This document shows, in pieces, positions 58,100-64,000 of a stretch of 64,000 bases of DNA. Made by a program: the position numbers and the translations under genes. The stretch spans positions 20,164,803 through 20,228,802 of the forward strand of contig OZ316895.1 of NCBI GenBank assembly GCA_973895155.1. Reading direction: 5' to 3'. The notes beneath the pieces are model-generated. The model saw nothing but the letters and a program-made list of their open reading frames with translations, was not told where the DNA came from and searched no databases. The DNA comes from Marsupella aquatica. Taxonomy: Eukaryota > Plantae > Marchantiophyta. Numbering within the stretch: position 1 is the stretch's first letter; every line of letters begins with the position of its first letter.

Positions 58100-61000
58100 T
58101 GGTCTCGAGCTGTTATTTTGAACTGAACCGCATGCTCAAAGCAGTGCATCAGTTCTAGTCATGGCAACTCATCTAGCTCATCTAGCTCCGAAATAGAATC
58201 TGATTCAAGCTCATCCAAGAACTATGAGTCGGAGGAGGAGAACATCGGAAGAAGAAGCATAAGAAGAAGAAGACCGCTAAGAAGAAGCATGAGAAGAAGG
58301 GCAAGAAAGTACCACCTCCAAAGCTATTGGAAATTGATGCAAAGCAACTAAAGGAGAACAAGGAGATCAAGTCTAACGAGGCTCTCTTGGAGCAGCTGAC
58401 CAACCAGATGAAGGCATTGTCTGTACATATGGCTGGGTTACAGCCTCCAAGGAAGAAAATACCAGTTCACCGAGAACATGTGTGGTGTACTAGGTGTGGA
58501 GGTTTTGGGCATACCCCAAGCGAGTGTCAGGGAGCTCCAGCTGAAGTTCACTACATGGGAGAGGAGCAAGCTGAGCATCCCGCTCAAGAGAACTACTACT
58601 ATGAGGAGGTTGCTGAAAATGTGTACCAGCTGTCTCCAACTCGACCATATGTGGGGCGACCTGCTATGACCTACTTGCTAGCAGCACATGGACCTCAACC
58701 AGGAGGTGGAGCAGGTCCGTCACAAGGAGGATATGGTAGGGGAGCTGGGCCAACTTGTTGGAATTGTGGCAAACCAGGCCACTATTCTCCAGACTATCCT
58801 GAGCCAAAGAAGCAGGGTAACGGAGCACCTCAGTGGGCACCAGACCACCTACTCTATTGACCAGACAGCTTGAATAGGCTCAACCAGCAGTCCAGCAACC
58901 AGTGCAGACTCCTTTGGCAGTGCCTAATCAGGGAATGCAACTATCCACTTGTTGGAAACCGAATGGGCAAGTTTCGGAGAAGAGAGGGGAGAAACGTGGC
59001 AGGCACTGCCTGTAGGGGAACTTGCTGAGGAGGAAGTCGAGTGCTACAAAGTGTCTACCCGAGCTTCAAAGCACCATAAGCGAAAGGAGAGGCAACAAGC
59101 TTGTCAAACACTTGTCAAGGAGCTTAAGTGGCTTTTCTCCCAAAAAAACTATCTAATACTTGCTCCATATCATATTAGGGTCATAAAGGATTGACAAAAC
59201 TTCTGAAATGTGCTTGCAATGTCTAATCACATCATACATAAGTAGTTTCAACTCTCCACTTCTAGAGAGGTAGTCCCCTTGACTACTTTTGCACTCACAC
59301 CCTTCCTTTCTCCTCTACTCCAAGGATTAGCAAGGGGGATCTTCACTCCAAGCTATCACCTTAGAGTAGATTCTCACACAAACATCAAAGAACCCAAAGT
59401 ACTTTCCTCTTCCAGCTTAAGTCTACTCAAGATCCTCAAAGTAGTGTTACCCCTCAACCTTGCCCCCTGGCCTTGGTTTGGGTCCAGACATCCCCTTTGA
59501 GCTCTTAGAAACAACTCTTCTTTCTAAGGACTCTTCCTCTTGTTCTCACAAAAGACAAACTACTTTCCACCATCAAGATACAATCTTCTCTAAGTCTCAA
59601 AGTAGTACTCCACCTTAACCTGTCTCCCTGGCCTTGGTTGTGTACCAGCACATCCCCTTCAAGCTTAGACCAAGATTGCACCCTAACATGGAATCTTCTC
59701 TTGCCCTCATACACTTCAAATTCCCTCACACTTAATGGTCACATTGAAGAGTGGGAAGACTCATTTCATTGCATACTCAATCCTTACAACAAAAGATCTT
59801 CTACAATATCCTCACACTAAGTATGGATCTCACCTCCTTCTCAAGCTTAGCCCCAACTTAGCAAGGTAGAGCCTCTACTTTGAGAATTGAGAATTCTGGT
59901 CCATAACAAAGGAAAACTTCCTTCTTATGTACTATTCTCCTTCCACACCACACCAAGGTAGCCCACCAAGGACCAAGGACCAAAGTAGAGGATGAAGGAC
60001 CAAAGTCCTCCTTACTACCAAAGTCACACTACAACCAAAGTCCAACTAACTACCACTCATACTCAAGCTCCTTCACCTTGTGATTGCCTCTCTATTCAAC
60101 CATCTCCCAGCCGCCCTTATTCTTGACTCATTCATCCCTTGTGGTAGTCTCGTCGAAGCATTTTTACACTTAGTCGGATTTTGTTATTTTGGAAAAAATA
60201 TAATTCCCCGGCCCATATTGTACCCACCGCCAAAAATGGACATAGGACTATGTCTTGGTTTACTAAGATCTAAACAAAACCCTATAACCAATTTTCTAAA
60301 ATTAGGTAAAGAGGGTTAATTCTTATTTTTTCCAAAATTCTTCTCAACTTTGAGATGCTCCCAAAAAGTAACAAAAGGTAACCAAGTTCTCCCACAAGTT
60401 TCAAGGCATAGAGTGGACAATATTTAACCTACTTTGTAACTTGGAACCCCTGCCTTTTCTCATCAGCTATTTTTCCCGAGACCCGCTATTTGGTAACTTT
60501 AAGTTTTGCCAAAATACTTACAACTCCTAGGTTAAGACCCCACTTGACTTTGTGACTTTTATGTGTGGTCTAGGGACTATCTAGCACCTATAGGGCGAGT
60601 CTTAGCAAAACTTATCACTCAAAAGTATCGGTCATGCCTTCGGCCCAACTTGCCGACTACCATAACTTTTTTCCATCCTTACTAAATAAATTACTCAACT
60701 CTTGATACTTCTTATAGAAACATGTCCTCTCCCTCAATTTATTTCCCTACTCTACTTCCTTAGTTATTAAGTTATCCTAAACCTAACAACTCTGTTAATC
60801 ACTAAAACTATGTAATTACTACTCCTTGAAAGCAAAAAACTGACGCATTTCCTACTCAAGCCTCCATTGAGCCATTCCACAAAGCCAAGAAGTCAAACAA
60901 GGAAAGGAGAGCCACACTAACATTGGACTCACATGAGAGTGCTGCTGAACGAGGTGATCGAGCACCACCACTGGAGGACAGTGACTACCGGAGAGACCAT

Positions 61001-64000
61001 CCTAAGCTATTCTACCCGAAAGTCAATGAGGAGGTTAAGAGACAACTCAAGGAGTTGGAGGCAGTGGAACATACAATCAGCTTGCAAAAGGACATCAAGC
61101 AAGCTAAAGAACACAGCTCTCAAGCAGGCAACCAATGGAGCTGCAGCCTAATGCAACTGAGGTCAGAAAATCAGAGGTCAGTCAACCGCCGTATGATATC
61201 AAGACTGATATCAGGAACTGTGTCATTACTGCTACTATAGGCCAACTACTGAAAGATAACCCGCTCTACCGAAGGCAGCTCAAGGAAATGTTGTTAGGAA
61301 AAAGAAGGAAGAGGCTACCAAAAGTAGGCACTGTTGCTGATGTGAGGATGATAATGGAGGACTTGGGAGCACCAGAGATCACCATTCAAATATCAGGATG
61401 TGCACTTTCATTTGTGCCGGTGGACGGAGGATCTGGAGTCAACATCATGATAGAAGCCGCAGCTCACCAACTTGGTTTCAACACCTTCGAGTAGACTGAT
61501 CGAGCTTTCAGGCTAGCTACTGGAGCAAAAGTGTTGCCATTGGGGGCATTAACTCAGGTTCCAACCATCATACAAGGAGAAACCTTCTTGATGAATTTTC
61601 TCATCATGAGACCAGCGAGACCAAGCACATACCCAGTGCTGGTTGGTACACCCTGGTTGTATGGAGCCAAAGTCATTTCAGATTGGGGAAAGAAGGAATT
61701 CCGTGTGGGCAAGAATTCATTGCGCATTCCATGGGGCAAAGAGGAGCATCTTGGTGAGACAACTGAAGAGCAGGAGGAGTATGATTCAGATATCAGCAGT
61801 GTTGGGGAGGAGGTCTATATGATAGACCTGATCAATAATCTCACAGAGGAAGAGGTTTTTGGACCAGAGGTTCAACCTACTCGCTTAGTGGAGCAGATAC
61901 CAGTCAGCGAAGTGTTGGGCCAGGCCCAGGAACCCAAGACACTCACACAACCGGAGGAGCTACTGCCTGAGAATCAGATACAGCCCAACAGTGAAGGCAG
62001 CCAACAAGTCAAAGAAGTTCGACCCAAATCCGAGCAAATTCAGGAGCCCTCGGGCAGAGCGCTGGAGCAGTCGCAAGTTTCAGAATGGAACAAGGAAAGT
62101 CCACAGCAAGGGACTGAAGCAGCTCTAGTCGTTGGAAATACTTCGCGCCAGTGATTGAATCTACTCAAAAATCAGTCACATTTGAAGCAGAGAAAAACAA
62201 TACTAAAGTTTAGGAAGAACCTGAGAAACAGAAGTTGAGCAAGGACCATTTGCCAAAGTATGGTGACCAAGAACTGGAACTAGCAGTGGACATCCAGAAG
62301 AGCATTGATCCTGAGTGGCATGGAGGGTTGAGACTCGCTCAGCTGGAAGAGAGTCTGCATCCGACCTTGAGAAACCTAATGGATGTGGTCAAGAAGGAGC
62401 ATTTCAAGAAAGTTCAGTTGAGTAATTCCAAGGAGTTCTATATATTGGGAATGCTTTTGAACTAGACCAAGAGCAAGTAATCCAAGAGCTCTTGGGTGAG
62501 TATAAGGATATTTTTGCTTGGAACCATATGGATATCACCGGTATAGATAAGGAGCTGGGAGAGTTACGGATTGATCATTACGGAGTGGGGAGTCTTTGCA
62601 TTTTTGCAAATGCCGTTCGGACTATGCAATGCACCAGGGACATTTCAGAGAATTATCATGACCATCTTTCATGATTTTCTTTGGAAGTTCTTAGAGGTAT
62701 TCATTGACGATTTTGCAGTCTATGGTAGGAAGGATAACCATTTGGAACATTTGTGGCTCACTTTTCAGAGATGCAGGGAGGTCGGTCTCAAGCTACACCC
62801 TGGCAAGTGCATCTTTGGAGTACACGAGGGTACCCTGCTTGGCCACAGAGTTTCAAAAGGAGGAATTGAGGTAGACCCTGAGAAAGTCAGTGTTTGGCAG
62901 GCAGTGAAGTTTCCAACTAATACCACTGAAGTGAAGGGTTTTCTTGGATGTCTTAACTACTACCGCAGATTCATAAAGGACTTTGCACAGATTGCACTAT
63001 CGATCACTTCAATGTTGAGGGCAGGAGCTGATTTTGAGCCAACAGTGGAGAGGCTTGAAAGTTTCAATCTATCAAAGAAGAAGCTTTTGGAGACCCCAGT
63101 GCTGAAGGCACCTGATTGGAGCAAGGAGTTTCATGTATTTGTCGATATATCAGGATTCTGTATTGGAGTAGTATTGAGTCAACTAGATGAACAAACAAGA
63201 GATCATCCAATATATTTTGCTAGTAGACTACTCATGGCCGCAGAGGAGAATTACTCGGCTACTGATAGAGAAGCTCTAGGAATCATTTACGCATGTAAGA
63301 AATTCACACACTATCTACTAGGCTACAAGGTAATCTTCCACACAGACCACAATGCATTGAAGTACATGGTAAACAAGCCTAATTTGACCGGCAGGATAGC
63401 AAGATGGGTCTTGTTGTTGCAAGAATTTAACTATGAAGTCCGAGTCAGAGCAGGGAAGAAGCATTAAAATGCTGATTTCTTTTCCTGCATTGATGGACAG
63501 CCCATAGAAGAGTTACTGATAACAGATCAGTTTCCTGATGAAGCTTTACTGTACCACATTTCAGTTTCGGAGAGAACCTGGTATCCTGATATGTTTAGTT
63601 ACCTGACAACCGGTACGGTGTCTAAGAGTTTGAATGTAGAAGAAGCTGCTGTATTTTTGCGGAAAGCAGCACCATACATGCTGCTCAATAATGTTCTTCA
63701 CAAGCAAGGAGTTGACAGCACCATTTGTCAATGCTTGGAGGAGAACCAGATCCATGTGGTGATGAGAGCACTTCATGAGGAGGAAGCAGGCGGGCACTAT
63801 GCTACCGTCGTGACGTCAAGGAAGATCTTGGATGCAGGGTACTGGTGGCTGACACTGCACCGTGATGTGGCCACGTTCATTCAAGGCTATGATGCGTGCC
63901 AGCGAGTGGGCAAACCCAAGATGTCTCAACATCACCCATTGAATCCAATTTTGCCACTAGACCATTTGAAAAGTGGGGAATTGATTTCATGGGACCCATC
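58100..64000 (+). pseudogene. pol: Degraded gag-pol of the older gypsy element
   Basis: Knuckles CTRCGGFGHTPSEC and CWNCGKPGH; DHPKLFYP; PVDGGSG; MPFGLCNAP; FIDDF; RNase H and integrase start; many stops and frameshifts. Confidence 0.88.
59102..60845. mobile_element. Non-coding ~1.7-kb insertion in gag, probably a solo LTR
   Basis: Gag homology breaks after CYKVSTRASKHHKRKERQQA and resumes ~60850 before DSDYRRDHPKLFYP. Ends are TGTCA...TGACG; no clean TSD. Confidence 0.55.

Larger units (their letters stand above)
36328..64000 (+). mobile_element. Older degraded Ty3/gypsy element (5' LTR, PBS, gag-pol) hosting nested insertions; runs off the window
   Basis: LTR 36328-37918 and PBS at 37926; gag-pol remnants from ~58100 to 64000 are homologous to the nested element. 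Confidence 0.7.

Overview
Eukaryotic, plant-like repetitive DNA made almost entirely of nested transposons; I found no host gene. A non-seed land plant is my inference from the retroelement style and spliceosomal introns. The left part (3.8-36.3 kb) holds three related ~10-kb Mutator-like (MULE) DNA transposons nested inside each other. Element A (5831-16321, 9-bp TSD TCAGATCTG) sits in element B (~4995-29951, TSD ATAATAGC(G)), which sits in element C (inverted, clipped at both ends by LTR insertions). Each element has a divergent gene pair: a GCM/WRKY-like + DDE + SWIM transposase, and an intron-containing gene fusing a ParB/Srx-like domain (DGNHR) to a beta-class N4/N6 DNA-methyltransferase-like fold with a degenerate catalytic motif. 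Non-coding parts of these elements, including most introns, carry subfamily-specific palindromes: TAGCGA-NN-TCGCTA in A, TAGCGC-CWG-GCGCTA in B and C. This suggests a transposon-borne ParB/parS-like self-recognition system, which is the best candidate for an undescribed system here. The right part is nested Ty3/gypsy elements. It includes a young full-length copy (42314-57791, TSD AGAGG) whose 4627-bp LTRs each contain an intact >1100-codon ORF; homologous ORFs occur in other LTR-derived segments of the window.
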